Positions 50,978 to 63,196 of a stretch of 64,000 nucleotides of DNA are shown here, piece by piece. Numbering within the stretch: position 1 is the stretch's first letter; each line of letters opens with the position of its first letter. The DNA lies in the NCBI GenBank assembly GCA_965218435.1, contig CBDCKW010000009.1, forward strand, positions 2,720,001 through 2,784,000, in the 5' to 3' direction. The notes under the pieces are model-generated. The model was not told where the DNA came from. It made no database searches and was given only the letters and a program-made list of their open reading frames with translations. Source of the stretch: Truepera sp. GTDB taxonomy: Bacteria > Deinococcota > Deinococci > Deinococcales > Trueperaceae. Position numbers and translations under genes: made by a program.

Positions 50978-52151
50978 CAAACCAGACCGGCAAGACAATC
51001 ATCCCGGCCGTGACAACGATCCCAAAGAGGTTGGGCGCGAAGCTGAAGCGTTAAGTCCCAATCAGGACACGCGAAACGACCGTGAGAATATCGCCGAAGA
51101 CGAGATGGGGGTTCCCGGCCAAGCAGAACTCGACGCCAGTCAGAAAAAAAGCCGTCCTCTCGACCGACCCGAAGACAACGCTAAAGTTGACCGGGTAATG
51201 CCCGCTGAGCCGGAGCAGGTAGCCGCGCCGAAACCGCGTAGCTATGTGATGTCGCCCCACGCCTTACGCAATCTATTTATCGCCAGCAACGTCGCTGGAG
51301 TTTTGATTATCGTGGTGATTTTGACGCTGGCCTCGAGTGCGCCTCAAGGCCGCCTCGCCCCGGCTGACGAAACGCAGTACCAAAGGACGCTGCTCGAGGC
51401 GACCGATACGATCAACACCGCCGCTCAAAATCAGGGAGGCCAAACTGCCCGTATCCCTATAAGCGAGGCGATGACGCTCGTTGCTAAAGAAGGGCTCGGC
51501 CCGGTCACCCAAGCATTGGCTGCGCCGCCTACTACTCCTGCAGCAGCGACGCCCTCACCTACCCCGGCCGAAGCCGCCGCACCCGCGCCCGCGAAACCCG
51601 CCAACGCTGCGGCTGGGCCAGCTGGAGGGGCAACCGCGCAGAAAAACGCAGTGCAGGCTCAGGCTGCCGGGGCACAACCCGCTGGAGCACAGCAAAGTAA
51701 TCAGCAGAGTAATCAAAGCAGTGCGCCTGCAGCGGCACCCGCTCTTGACCTCAGCGCCGGTGAGACCGTCTTTACCACTAACTGTGCGTCGTGCCACCAG
51801 ACCACCGGACTCGGGGTTGCGGGCGCGTTCCCGCCCCTCAAGGGTCATGTTCCGACGCTCTACAACGCCGACCGCAGCTACCTGATTAGCCTCCTCTTAT
51901 ACGGCTTACAGGGCGAAGTTCAGATTGAGAGCCAAACTTATAACGGCGTGATGCCCGCGTGGCAGCAACTTTCAGACGACGATATCGCCAACGCACTTAA
52001 CTACGTGACCCACGCGTGGGGAAACGCCGACGCGCTGCAAAACTTTAAGCCGTACGAAGCTGCAGAGATTAAAAGTGCTAGAGGCGACTCGCTGAGTTCA
52101 GATCAGGTCTACGCGCTGAGGCAAAAACTCGGCTTGACCGGAAAAAACTAA
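50970..52151 (+). CDS. actG: ActG-like subunit fused to a class I cytochrome c (c552-like) domain
   Basis: Acidic N-tail, one TM helix, ARIPISEAM ActG-type motif, A/P/Q linker, CASCH..GAFPPL..YNGVMP..WGN. Confidence 0.75.
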   Translation: MTDKPDRQDNHPGRDNDPKEVGREAEALSPNQDTRNDRENIAEDEMGVPGQAELDASQKKSRPLDRPEDNAKVDRVMPAEPEQVAAPKPRSYVMSPHALRNLFIASNVAGVLIIVVILTLASSAPQGRLAPADETQYQRTLLEATDTINTAAQNQGGQTARIPISEAMTLVAKEGLGPVTQALAAPPTTPAAATPSPTPAEAAAPAPAKPANAAAGPAGGATAQKNAVQAQAAGAQPAGAQQSNQQSNQSSAPAAAPALDLSAGETVFTTNCASCHQTTGLGVAGAFPPLKGHVPTLYNADRSYLISLLLYGLQGEVQIESQTYNGVMPAWQQLSDDDIANALNYVTHAWGNADALQNFKPYEAAEIKSARGDSLSSDQVYALRQKLGLTGKN

Positions 52152-52185
52152 CTACATTACGTCAGATCAAATATCAGGTCAACCC

Positions 52186-52212
52186 AAGGTGAGTTTAGGC
52201 TCACCTTTTTTT
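52186..52212 (+). terminator. Intrinsic terminator of the act operon
   Basis: AAGGTGAG-TTTAGG-CTCACCTT followed by a T-run. Confidence 0.88.
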
Positions 52213-52272
52213 ATGGCTCTTTTATGGCGTACTCAGGGTAAGCTGGCTTTACAGTTCATTTGAGGAGCATCT

Positions 52273-55200
52273 ATGAAACGTTATGGCAGCTTTTTAGCAG
52301 CACTGTCGGTATTAACCCTTTTCGTAACCCCGCTGCAGACAGCCAACGCGCAGGACGTGGTTCCAGAAAACACGGCCCGGATTCACTATAATCGTCCTGA
52401 CGCGGTATACGAAGGTTGGACGTTGCACGTCTGGGAAGACACGACCGAAAGCGTCACCTGGGAAACAGGGTTAGCACCTAGCGGCAAAGACGATTTCGGT
52501 GTCTACTGGGACGTGGGTTTAACCGATAACGCAGAGCAGCTTAACTTTATCGTTCATCAAGGCGACGAAAAAGACCCCGGCCCGGATATGACGCTCGCTG
52601 TAGCGGAGTCGCCGGAAGCTTGGATTATCTCCGGCGACAAAACCGTTTACACCTCTTTACCTAACCCGAACCAGGCTAAAATCCCCGGCGACCTGAGCAC
52701 GGCCAGGGCGCACTGGTTGGACAAAACGACGCTCGTGTGGGACGCTGAACTGCCCGAAGGCGCGCAGGTCATCCTCTCGAACGCAACGCAAGCCGGAACG
52801 ACCCTGACTGAAACCGGATTGAAACTCGACGACACTTCAGACACCGCTGTCGCACTGCTCGGTATCAATCTCCAGGCTGCTCCGGAAGGGCTCAGCGCCG
52901 CGCTTAAAAAGAAGTTTCCTTATCTGGCCGATTACCCCGTTTATAAAACCGACCTCAGCGACGCCGACCTAGCTTTCTTCTTACGGGGACAGCTCACCGT
53001 TTCGGCGCTGGACCAAGACGGAAACCTGCTCGACGCAACGGGTGTCCAGATTCCAGGCGTGTTGGATGATCTCTACGCTGACACGGCTTATCAGGAACCG
53101 CTAGGCGTCGTTTGGCAGGGCGACACGCCTACGGTCCGCGTCTGGGCACCCACGGCGCAAAACGTCCGGCTGCACCTTTTTCCGGACGCTCAAAGTGAGG
53201 CTGAAAGTGTCCTCAAGCTAACCCGTAACGACAAGACAGGAATATGGAGCGTCACGGGCAAGCCTAACTGGAAGGGCAAGGATTACCTCTTTGAAGTTAC
53301 GGTCTACGCGCCTACGACGCAAAAGCTCGAGACCAACCTCGTCACCGACCCCTATTCACACGCACTGGCCCTTAACAGCACCCGCTCGCAGATCGTTGAT
53401 CTAGCCGACCCCACGTTGCAACCTGAAGGCTGGAGCACGCTGAGCAAACCGCCTTTAGCTGCTCCTGAAGACATCAGCGTGTATGAGCTGCACGTACGCG
53501 ACTTTAGCGTTTCAGATCAAACGGTTCCGAAAGCCTTGCGCGGTACTTACAGCGCATTCGGCGTGTCCGACTCAGACGGTATGAAGCATTTGCAAGCCCT
53601 CGCGGACGCCGGACTCACGCACCTTCACCTTTTACCGGTTTTCGATATCGCTACGATTAGCGAGGACAAGAGCACCTGGCAGACGCCTGCAGGCGACCTC
53701 GCCAGTTATCCGCCCAACAGCTCCAAACAGCAAGCCGCCGTAACTGCCGTGCAAGACCAAGACGCTTTTAACTGGGGCTACGACCCGCTGCACTACACCG
53801 TGCCCGAAGGCGCTTACGCTACCGACCCGGAAGGGTCGGCACGCACCTTAGAGTTTCGCCGGATGGTGCAGAATCTGAATCAGACCGGCTTGCGAGTAGT
53901 CATGGACGTTGTATACAACCACACGAACTCGAGCGGACAAGCCGAGTTGTCCGTCTTAGACCGTATCGTGCCTGGGTACTATCACCGTTTGGACTTGAGT
54001 AGCGCAGTCGAGACCTCGACGTGTTGTCAAAATACCGCCACGGAGCACGCCATGATGGAGAAGCTGATGGTAGACTCCCTCGTTACTTGGGCTAAAGATT
54101 ACAAGGTAGACGGTTTTAGATTCGACCTGATGGGGCATCATCTGGTTTCAAATATGATGGCGGTCAAAAAGGCACTCTCAAGTCTTACACTGGAAAAAGA
54201 CGGCGTAGACGGCCTCAGCATCTATCTTTACGGCGAAGGGTGGGACTTCGGCGAGGTAGCTGGAAACGCGAGGGGTGTGAACGCCACCCAGCAAAACCTG
54301 GCCGGACTCGGTATCGGGACCTTTAACGACAGGTTGCGCGACGCTGCCAGGGGCGGCACACCTTTTACGGGACCGCAAGACCAGGGCTTTATCACCGGAC
54401 TTTTTACCGATCCAAATGACGCGGCGCAGGGAACCCCAGAAGAGCAAAAAGCCAAGCTGCTACTCTCGAGCGACCAAATTCGTGTGGGGCTAGCGGGCAA
54501 CTTAGCCGATTACACCTTTCAAGACGCGGCAGGCGAAACGGTACGCGGGGCCGACATCCTCTACGGGGACGCGCCGGTGGGCTACACGGAAGACCCGCAG
54601 GAAAATATCGTCTACGTTTCGGCGCACGACAATGAAACGCTCTTTGACGCCATCGCCCTCAAAGCGCCGCTGACGGCCTCGTTAGACGAACGAGTACGGA
54701 GGCAAAACTTAGGTCTGTCGCTCGTTGCATTGTCGCAAGGCGTCCCATTTTTTCACGCGGGGAGCGACCTGTTGCGCTCCAAGTCTTTAGACCGCAACTC
54801 GTTCAACTCCGGTGACTGGTTTAATAAGCTCGACTTTTCGCAGAGAACGAACAACTGGGGTGTCGGGTTGCCGCCGGAGGGTGACAACCAAGACAACTGG
54901 CCGCTGATGAGCCGTCTTCTCGGCGCGCTTCCGGCACCGACCCAAACGGACATCCGCCGGAACGCAGACTATTTGCAAGAGCTGCTTAGAATTCGTAACA
55001 GCTCTCCCCTCTTTCGGTTACAGACCGCTGAAGACGTTCAGAAAGCCCTGAGCTTTTACAACACCGGCCCGGAGCAAACACCCGGCGTGATCGTCATGCA
55101 CCTTTCAAACGTTGCCGGGATTGACCCGGCTTTTGAAAGCGTTACCGTCGTCTTTAACGGAACACCAGACGTGCAGCAGCTTACGGTGCCGGAGTTGGCT

Positions 55201-55332
55201 GGCCGTATGACGCTTCATCCGTTGCAGCAGCAGGGCAGTGACCCGTTGGTGAGGTTCTCACGGGCGAGGGCAGACGGAACCTTTGTCGTACCGGGGCTTA
55301 CCACGGCAATTTTTGTTGAGCCTTCAAACTAA
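52273..55332 (+). CDS. pulA: Secreted type I pullulanase (CBM41 + CBM48 + GH13)
   Basis: Signal peptide, IHYNRPD..WTLHVW, FNWGYDP, DGFRFDLMGH, YGEGW, YVSAHDNET. Confidence 0.92.
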   Translation: MKRYGSFLAALSVLTLFVTPLQTANAQDVVPENTARIHYNRPDAVYEGWTLHVWEDTTESVTWETGLAPSGKDDFGVYWDVGLTDNAEQLNFIVHQGDEKDPGPDMTLAVAESPEAWIISGDKTVYTSLPNPNQAKIPGDLSTARAHWLDKTTLVWDAELPEGAQVILSNATQAGTTLTETGLKLDDTSDTAVALLGINLQAAPEGLSAALKKKFPYLADYPVYKTDLSDADLAFFLRGQLTVSALDQDGNLLDATGVQIPGVLDDLYADTAYQEPLGVVWQGDTPTVRVWAPTAQNVRLHLFPDAQSEAESVLKLTRNDKTGIWSVTGKPNWKGKDYLFEVTVYAPTTQKLETNLVTDPYSHALALNSTRSQIVDLADPTLQPEGWSTLSKPPLAAPEDISVYELHVRDFSVSDQTVPKALRGTYSAFGVSDSDGMKHLQALADAGLTHLHLLPVFDIATISEDKSTWQTPAGDLASYPPNSSKQQAAVTAVQDQDAFNWGYDPLHYTVPEGAYATDPEGSARTLEFRRMVQNLNQTGLRVVMDVVYNHTNSSGQAELSVLDRIVPGYYHRLDLSSAVETSTCCQNTATEHAMMEKLMVDSLVTWAKDYKVDGFRFDLMGHHLVSNMMAVKKALSSLTLEKDGVDGLSIYLYGEGWDFGEVAGNARGVNATQQNLAGLGIGTFNDRLRDAARGGTPFTGPQDQGFITGLFTDPNDAAQGTPEEQKAKLLLSSDQIRVGLAGNLADYTFQDAAGETVRGADILYGDAPVGYTEDPQENIVYVSAHDNETLFDAIALKAPLTASLDERVRRQNLGLSLVALSQGVPFFHAGSDLLRSKSLDRNSFNSGDWFNKLDFSQRTNNWGVGLPPEGDNQDNWPLMSRLLGALPAPTQTDIRRNADYLQELLRIRNSSPLFRLQTAEDVQKALSFYNTGPEQTPGVIVMHLSNVAGIDPAFESVTVVFNGTPDVQQLTVPELAGRMTLHPLQQQGSDPLVRFSRARADGTFVVPGLTTAIFVEPSN

Positions 55333-55504
55333 GCTAAGTTGCGCTAGCCACGTTGCAGCGTCTCAAGACTATAAGACTCCGAGCCTAAACCGTTGCTGTG
55401 ACATGGCGTCTTATATACTCTTTCAGTAATGGTTTGTGCCCTAAGTAAAGTGATCTATACGGCTCAAGAGATTCCGCTATGTGAGTTTGGCGCGCTCACA
55501 CCGT

Positions 55505-56347
55505 TTAACCTCGTGCCTTTTCCAGCTCGACATAGAGATAGTTAGGGCGCAGGTAAGCAAGTTTGAAACCAACGCCAATCATATTGCGGTAAGACGGGTT
55601 AGGCAACTCAGGTGTATCCTCGCTCGTCTCAGCGACGAACCACCGGCACCCGAGCTTTCGTCCGTCTTCGATACGACGGGCGAGCAGCGCACTTTGTCCT
55701 CCTCGTCTGCGGTGTGACCTTAAGGTGCTACCACTCCCAAGCCAGCCGACCTCGCCCGATACGAACATGGCTGCGGTAGAGACAGGCTGATCTTCAGCAA
55801 AACCAAGATAGTGGTACCAACCCGGTTGGCCAATAGCTCCGTCAAACCACGGCCGCACGTCTGCAGACATCTCAAAGGCGCTAAGGGCAACGTCAGTAAA
55901 GTCGTTCTGGTCTTGGCCCGTTCTAACAGCCTCAACGCGCAGATCGGTCCGCACAGCGGTCGCAGGTTCGTTTCCTCGGTAAAGTTTTGCCCAGCTCTTT
56001 TCTAAATTAAAACCGCGCTGCTCGAGCCGTTCCCCGATTTGCGAAGGTTGCGCCAACGGACTTAGCTGCACCATATACGTTTTACACCCAGCCGTTTGAA
56101 GAGCGGCGATAGCGTCGTCTAGTACTGCTTCTTCAGCCACACCGCTAACCCCTAAACACATAATACGGTTGAAAAAAGCACTGTTTAGTCCCGGTATCAT
56201 TACGACCCAAGCCGAACCAACACGGACAACTCTTACCCCGAGCTTTTCGGCAAATTCTGCTGACGTACAAAGATAAGTGTTCACGAACGCCTCAGCTTCA
56301 CCGAACTCGGCAAGTTTGGCAAGCTCTTCGGGAACGAAGCTAGACAT
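55505..56347 (-). CDS. GNAT-family acetyltransferase
   Basis: HRRRGGQSALL motif A; NPSYRNM..GF; start set at ATG 56347 (MSSFVPEE). Confidence 0.8.
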   Translation of the reverse strand: MSSFVPEELAKLAEFGEAEAFVNTYLCTSAEFAEKLGVRVVRVGSAWVVMIPGLNSAFFNRIMCLGVSGVAEEAVLDDAIAALQTAGCKTYMVQLSPLAQPSQIGERLEQRGFNLEKSWAKLYRGNEPATAVRTDLRVEAVRTGQDQNDFTDVALSAFEMSADVRPWFDGAIGQPGWYHYLGFAEDQPVSTAAMFVSGEVGWLGSGSTLRSHRRRGGQSALLARRIEDGRKLGCRWFVAETSEDTPELPNPSYRNMIGVGFKLAYLRPNYLYVELEKARG

Positions 56348-56495
56348 GTTTCTTAAGCATGGGTTTCTCCGTTCGGTACGGGTGACGATACGCTCAAAAG
56401 GTAGGCGCAAGAGCACAGCTAATGACGCGAGTCTAGTTGAGCTGCCGGTGAGTCGGATGAAAGTAGTGGGCGATAACCGGAACAAGAGGCCGACG

Positions 56496-56999
56496 CTACA
56501 GCCGAGCCAGCCACGCCGCCGCGTCTCGAGGATGCTGAAAACAAAAGACGCGGGTGTCTTGATAAAGCGGTAACACCGCCGAGTATTCGCGCCGCTTTGC
56601 CTCGTACCCGTGTAGACCATGCCGGATACCTGAAAGCGCGATTTTTAGGGTCATCCGGTTTCCCGACCAAGTAGGCGTACCCGAAAGGAACCAGCCGAGG
56701 TTGCGCCGGATAAGCCGCAACCAGACGACGTAACGCGGGTAGTCAAGCCAGACGAGCGTGTCGGCTCGGTTCCAGACCAGCTCGCGTGCAGCGTCGAAGT
56801 TGCCGTCAAGGACCCATTGCGGTTTTGCTGTTACCAAGCCAATCTGTGCATGAACTTCGGTAAGCGGTATCCGCCGCCAGTTTTCACCCCAGTAGAACGG
56901 GTCGGTCGGGATATATGGCAAGCCCGAACGCGCCGCGATTTGTTTAGCGAGCGTAGATTTGCCCGAACCGGTAGAGCCGATGACAATAATCCTCTGCAT
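56496..56999 (-). CDS. Adenylate kinase-like P-loop protein (FlaR/topology modulation protein family)
   Basis: GSTGSGKST, WVLDGN, ADTLVWLD. Confidence 0.85.
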   Translation of the reverse strand: MQRIIVIGSTGSGKSTLAKQIAARSGLPYIPTDPFYWGENWRRIPLTEVHAQIGLVTAKPQWVLDGNFDAARELVWNRADTLVWLDYPRYVVWLRLIRRNLGWFLSGTPTWSGNRMTLKIALSGIRHGLHGYEAKRREYSAVLPLYQDTRVFCFQHPRDAAAWLARL

Positions 57000-57018
57000 C
57001 CTGCATATGGTAGCAACT

Positions 57019-57050
57019 AAAAAACACGCTCAGATTCGCCTGAGCGCGTT
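57019..57050 (-). terminator. Intrinsic terminator of gyrB
   Basis: mRNA AACGCGCUCAG-GCGAAU-CUGAGCGUGUU followed by a U-run. Confidence 0.8.
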
Positions 57051-57066
57051 CGTACGTTACTCAGGG

Positions 57067-59043
<1,977 letters not shown>

Positions 59044-59151
59044 CTATATTCACAGTGTATCACTCCGCAAGCACCCACGGAGACGCCAAGAGACACGCCC
59101 CAGACGCGAATACTCTTTATTTACGAGCTGGTTTTCAAAAGCTACCAGGCT

Positions 59152-60426
59152 CTACTTGCGCACCTGACCCTGCCCACCTATTAGGTATTTGTACGTCGTG
59201 ATTTCAGCTAAGCCCATCGGCCCACGCGCGTGCAGCTTCTGGGTGCTGATACCGATCTCCGCCCCGAAACCGAAGACAAAACCGTCGGTAAAGCGGGTTG
59301 ACGCATTCACATAAACGGCGGCGGCGTCCACCTCATCTTGAAAGCGTTGGGCGTTTTCTTTTGAGGCCGTCAAAATCGCCTCGCTGTGCTGTGTGCCGTA
59401 GCGGTTGATGTGCGCGATGGCCTCATCCAACGAGTCCACAACGCGGACGGCCAGCTCGAGGTCGAGGTATTCTGTCTCCCAATCTATCTCGGTCGCTGCA
59501 TCGGCCTGGGGAAAGATGGCCCGAGTGCGTTCACAGCCTCTAAGCTGTACCCCGGCTTCGGCGAGTGGGGTCAACATTTCAGGTAAGAACGTTTCGGCTA
59601 CAACTTCGTGAACGAGGAGCGTCTCGAGCGAATTGCACACACCGGGGCGCTGCACTTTGGCGTTGATGACGATCTCTTTAGCCTTTGCTAAGTCGGCTGA
59701 CGCATCTACGAAGATGTGGCAGTTCCCCGTCCCGGTTTCAATTACGGGGACTTTCGCCGTTTCAACGACGTGGTTGATTAACGACGCGCCGCCCCGTGGA
59801 ATGACCAGATCAACCTGTCCCCTAGCAGTAAGGAGTTCAGTCACGAACGCCCGGTCGGGCGAATCAATGAGCTGCACGGCGTCTTCAGAAAGTCCTGCGT
59901 ACTTCAATGACTCGCGCATCGCCGCGACCAAGACCCGGTTACTCCGCAACGCATTCGCCGAACCGCGCAAGACCGCCGCACTCCCGGCTTTGAGGGCCAG
60001 CACCGCCGCGTCTACCGTGACGTTCGGACGTGACTCGTAGATCATCCCGATAACGCCGAAGGGCACGCTGACCTTGCGAACCTCGAGCCCATCTGGAAGC
60101 GTCCACTGCGCTAAAGTCCGGTGTAAGGGGTCAGGCAGTTCCGCCACCTGCTTCACCGCGTTGGCAATGTCTTGCAGCCGCGGTTCGTTTAAGCTCAGCC
60201 GGTCTAACAGCGCGTCTGAAGTGCCTTTGGTACGCTCGGCGGCGACGTCTTCGGCGTTCGCGGCTAGGATGGCGGATCGGTGCTCGAGCACCCCCTCCGA
60301 AATCGCCAGAAGCGCCGCGTTTCGGTCAGCGCGGGTGAGCGTCCGGCTGGCAACGCGGGCGCGGCCCAAGAGGGCAGCTAAATCAAAGGTACGGTCTAAC
60401 GTTGCATGGTTGAACATGACGTGCAT
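59152..60426 (-). CDS. proA: Gamma-glutamyl phosphate reductase
   Basis: IYESRPNVT, CNSLETLL, NASTRFTDG, STQKLHARGPMG. Confidence 0.97.
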   Translation of the reverse strand: MHVMFNHATLDRTFDLAALLGRARVASRTLTRADRNAALLAISEGVLEHRSAILAANAEDVAAERTKGTSDALLDRLSLNEPRLQDIANAVKQVAELPDPLHRTLAQWTLPDGLEVRKVSVPFGVIGMIYESRPNVTVDAAVLALKAGSAAVLRGSANALRSNRVLVAAMRESLKYAGLSEDAVQLIDSPDRAFVTELLTARGQVDLVIPRGGASLINHVVETAKVPVIETGTGNCHIFVDASADLAKAKEIVINAKVQRPGVCNSLETLLVHEVVAETFLPEMLTPLAEAGVQLRGCERTRAIFPQADAATEIDWETEYLDLELAVRVVDSLDEAIAHINRYGTQHSEAILTASKENAQRFQDEVDAAAVYVNASTRFTDGFVFGFGAEIGISTQKLHARGPMGLAEITTYKYLIGGQGQVRK

Positions 60427-60443
60427 GGGTCAGTATAGCGTTC

Positions 60444-62033
60444 TCAGGTTGGCGGGTACGTCCAGCTTCCGGCCAGCATCGTTCCTGCGATAGAAAGTTC
60501 GTCTAACGATCTGTGCGGGTCGTGCGACAACAGCACCAGGTCCGCGTCAAAACCCGCCTTGAGCTGTCCCGAACGGTGCTCACGGCTGATGGCGTAGGCC
60601 GCACCTTTGGTGTACGCGGCTAACGCCTCGTCTACACTCAAAGCTTCATCGGGGTTGAGGCTCGAGCCGTCTACCGCTTTGCGAAAGCACGCCGCCTTTA
60701 GCCCCGCAATCACGTCGGGTGACGCGACCGGCGTATCGGAGCCGAACGCGAGGACGGTGCCAGTGTCCAAGAGTGACCGCGTGCGGTACGCGCCGTCTTG
60801 CCGGTCAGCCAAAAGCTCCCCGATGCGTTTGACATCGAAGGTGAGGTGAATGGGTTGCATGGATACGACCACCCCGAGTTGTGCGGCGCGGGCCACATCG
60901 TCCGGGTGAAGGTGTTGAGCGTGCTCGAGCCTAGGTCTCAACCCTTTGGCTTGCCACTGGTCTTGGGTTGCTTCCAACGCGTCCAGCACTGCCCGGTTTG
61001 CCGCGTCGCCAATCGCGTGCGTAACAAGCGTCAAACCGGCTTCTACCGCTTTTGGATACCGCTCACGTAAAACTTCCGGCCCGTGAACCGTGACGCCTAC
61101 GGTCTCGGTGCCGGTGTAGGGTGAGAGCATCCACGCCGTTAGACTCCCGAGCGCCCCATCTGCGAAGAACTTCGCCCCACCGATCATAAAACGGTCGCCA
61201 CCCTGCCCGGTCGCTAACCCGAGCGCAGCCGCCGCCTCGATATGTTCCTGGTCAACGCACGCCCAAACGCGCAGCGGAAAGTCGTCCTGACTGGCAGCTA
61301 AAGCCAGTTGCCGCCAGTTTCGTGCCGGTTCGTAGGCCATGTGATGAACGGTGGTAATCCCGAGACTGGCAAGATGCGCCCCTGCCTGCTGCAGCGCGTT
61401 TTGTAATTCCGCATCTGAAGGCTTCGGGATAGCATCGTCAAGCAGTTTGGTCGCAAGCTCTAAAAGCCGCCCGGTCGGTTGTCCACTATCGTCCCGTTCA
61501 ATCACACCGTTTTCAGGGTCGGGCGTGTCCAGGCCGATACCCATACGTTCTAGCGCCAACGAATTGACCCAAACGCTGTGCCCATCTTGCGAGCGGAGCG
61601 TGACCGGGTGCTGCGGCGCGGCGCGGTCGAGGTCGCGTTTGTCGAGACTTGACACGTTCCAACGGCTCATAGACATCCCCGAGCCTTGAATCCAAGTTCC
61701 CGGTTTTTGTTCTTTGGTACGCGCCGCAACAAGGTTGAGTGCTTCGTCTAAAGTCTGCGTCTCGAGCAGATTGAGCCTCGAGAGGTCAAAGCCGTGTTGG
61801 GTCAGATGAACGTGCGCGTCGTGAAAGCCCGGCAGCAAGCAGCGACCCCCCAAGTTCACCCGTTTTGCGTCCCCAGCAGCGAGGGCTTCCGCCGCCGCCA
61901 AACCGCCGACAAAAGCGATACGTTCACCCCGCACCAAAACAGCTTCAGCACGCGGCTTCGCCTCATCTTGCGTGAAAATCAGCCCACCGTAAAAGAGAAT
62001 ATCCTGCACGTTTATACCCGTTTTAGCGCCCAC
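60444..62033 (-). CDS. Amidohydrolase_3 family (YtcJ-like) metallohydrolase
   Basis: PGFHDAHVH, KFFADGALGS, HAIGD, RLEHAQ, FGSD. Confidence 0.9.
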   Translation of the reverse strand: MGAKTGINVQDILFYGGLIFTQDEAKPRAEAVLVRGERIAFVGGLAAAEALAAGDAKRVNLGGRCLLPGFHDAHVHLTQHGFDLSRLNLLETQTLDEALNLVAARTKEQKPGTWIQGSGMSMSRWNVSSLDKRDLDRAAPQHPVTLRSQDGHSVWVNSLALERMGIGLDTPDPENGVIERDDSGQPTGRLLELATKLLDDAIPKPSDAELQNALQQAGAHLASLGITTVHHMAYEPARNWRQLALAASQDDFPLRVWACVDQEHIEAAAALGLATGQGGDRFMIGGAKFFADGALGSLTAWMLSPYTGTETVGVTVHGPEVLRERYPKAVEAGLTLVTHAIGDAANRAVLDALEATQDQWQAKGLRPRLEHAQHLHPDDVARAAQLGVVVSMQPIHLTFDVKRIGELLADRQDGAYRTRSLLDTGTVLAFGSDTPVASPDVIAGLKAACFRKAVDGSSLNPDEALSVDEALAAYTKGAAYAISREHRSGQLKAGFDADLVLLSHDPHRSLDELSIAGTMLAGSWTYPPT

Positions 62034-62802
62034 GAAACACCGGAGCCCGTTTTTCAGCGAACGCTCTCACCCCTTCGGCAAAGTCCTCCGTCTGACTGGC
62101 TTCTCCTTGTGAGCGGGCCTCGAGTCCTAACTGCGTTTCCAACGTGTTGCTCAAAGATACAGCAACCTGTGATTTGATCCGCGCATAGCTCTGCGTCGGA
62201 CCTTCGGCGAGTGCTTGCGCGAACGCTGCCGCTTTCTCAGAGAAGCCCTCAGCAGGTAAAATGAGTTCGCCCAAGCCGAGTTTAAGCGCCTCGTCAGCGT
62301 TTATTTTGCGCCCGGTATAGGCCAGCTCGAGCGCCCTCGCGGGTCCTACGAGGCGTGGCAGCGTGTAGCTCATCGAGGCGTCCATGACGAGTCCGATGCG
62401 GCTAAACCCGAGAGTCAAAACCGCCGTTTCAGAGAGCAACCTCATGTCACAGGCGAGCGCCAAGCTCATTCCGGCCCCGGCAGCGACGCCGTTTACCGCA
62501 GCAATCACAGGTTTTTGCAGGGACATGAGCGCCGTAGCGACCGGGTTGTAGTATGTTTCGACGATATTGGCGGTGTCTCTATCCAACGTGGTTGCGCTGA
62601 GGTCAGCGCCCGAACAAAAGCCGCGTCCCTCACCGGTCAGTAAAACCGCCCGGACACTGTCGTCGGCAGCTTCTTCTAACGCCATTCGCAGTTCCTCCAA
62701 CAACTCTAAGGTCAAAGCGTTGAGAACTTGAGGCCGGTTGAAAGCAACCGTTAAAAGTGCGCCGACTCGAGTCACCCTCAAAGTTTGATAAGTATCTGAC
62801 AT
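62023..62802 (-). CDS. Enoyl-CoA hydratase/isomerase (PaaG-like)
   Basis: GFCSGADL, AAVNGVAAGAG, DFAEGVRAF.EKR. Confidence 0.92.
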   Translation of the reverse strand: MSDTYQTLRVTRVGALLTVAFNRPQVLNALTLELLEELRMALEEAADDSVRAVLLTGEGRGFCSGADLSATTLDRDTANIVETYYNPVATALMSLQKPVIAAVNGVAAGAGMSLALACDMRLLSETAVLTLGFSRIGLVMDASMSYTLPRLVGPARALELAYTGRKINADEALKLGLGELILPAEGFSEKAAAFAQALAEGPTQSYARIKSQVAVSLSNTLETQLGLEARSQGEASQTEDFAEGVRAFAEKRAPVFRGR

Positions 62803-62841
62803 AGTAGCTCCTTCTTGACGGGTAAATCTGATGAGATTGCG

Positions 62842-63168
62842 TCAGTGCGGCTTGGTCAGTGTGATGAGCTGCTCGAAGTCGTCGGGCGTCGCGTCGTCTA
62901 ACGCGGCCTTGTTGCGCCCGAGTTCACCGCAACGTGTACAGCGGTAGAGAATAACCCAGCCTTTTTTACCGCTGTGCTCTGCGCCGACGGGTTCTAAAAG
63001 CCCGTGACACTCATTCGCGCGGTCGCCGGGGAATACGTCTACATGGAGCGAATAGAGACAAAACGGACAGTGGTTGCGGTACGAGCCGTTTTGTAAGGGC
63101 GGCACAGTGCGCCCGCAGTGTGCGCAGGCAAAGCCGGTATTCGTTCCCTGAGCGGTAAACCGTCGCAT
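62842..63168 (-). CDS. RNHCP domain protein
   Basis: CAHCG..YRNHCPFCLYSLHVD..PGDR..C..CTRCG. Confidence 0.92.
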   Translation of the reverse strand: MRRFTAQGTNTGFACAHCGRTVPPLQNGSYRNHCPFCLYSLHVDVFPGDRANECHGLLEPVGAEHSGKKGWVILYRCTRCGELGRNKAALDDATPDDFEQLITLTKPH

Positions 63169-63196
63169 AAGCTACTACTCTAAACCCTGACGATAC

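Noticed and set aside
55505..56620. 371-aa version of the GNAT ORF
   Set aside because: The extension overlaps the upstream gene and does not look protein-like, so ATG 56347 is preferred.
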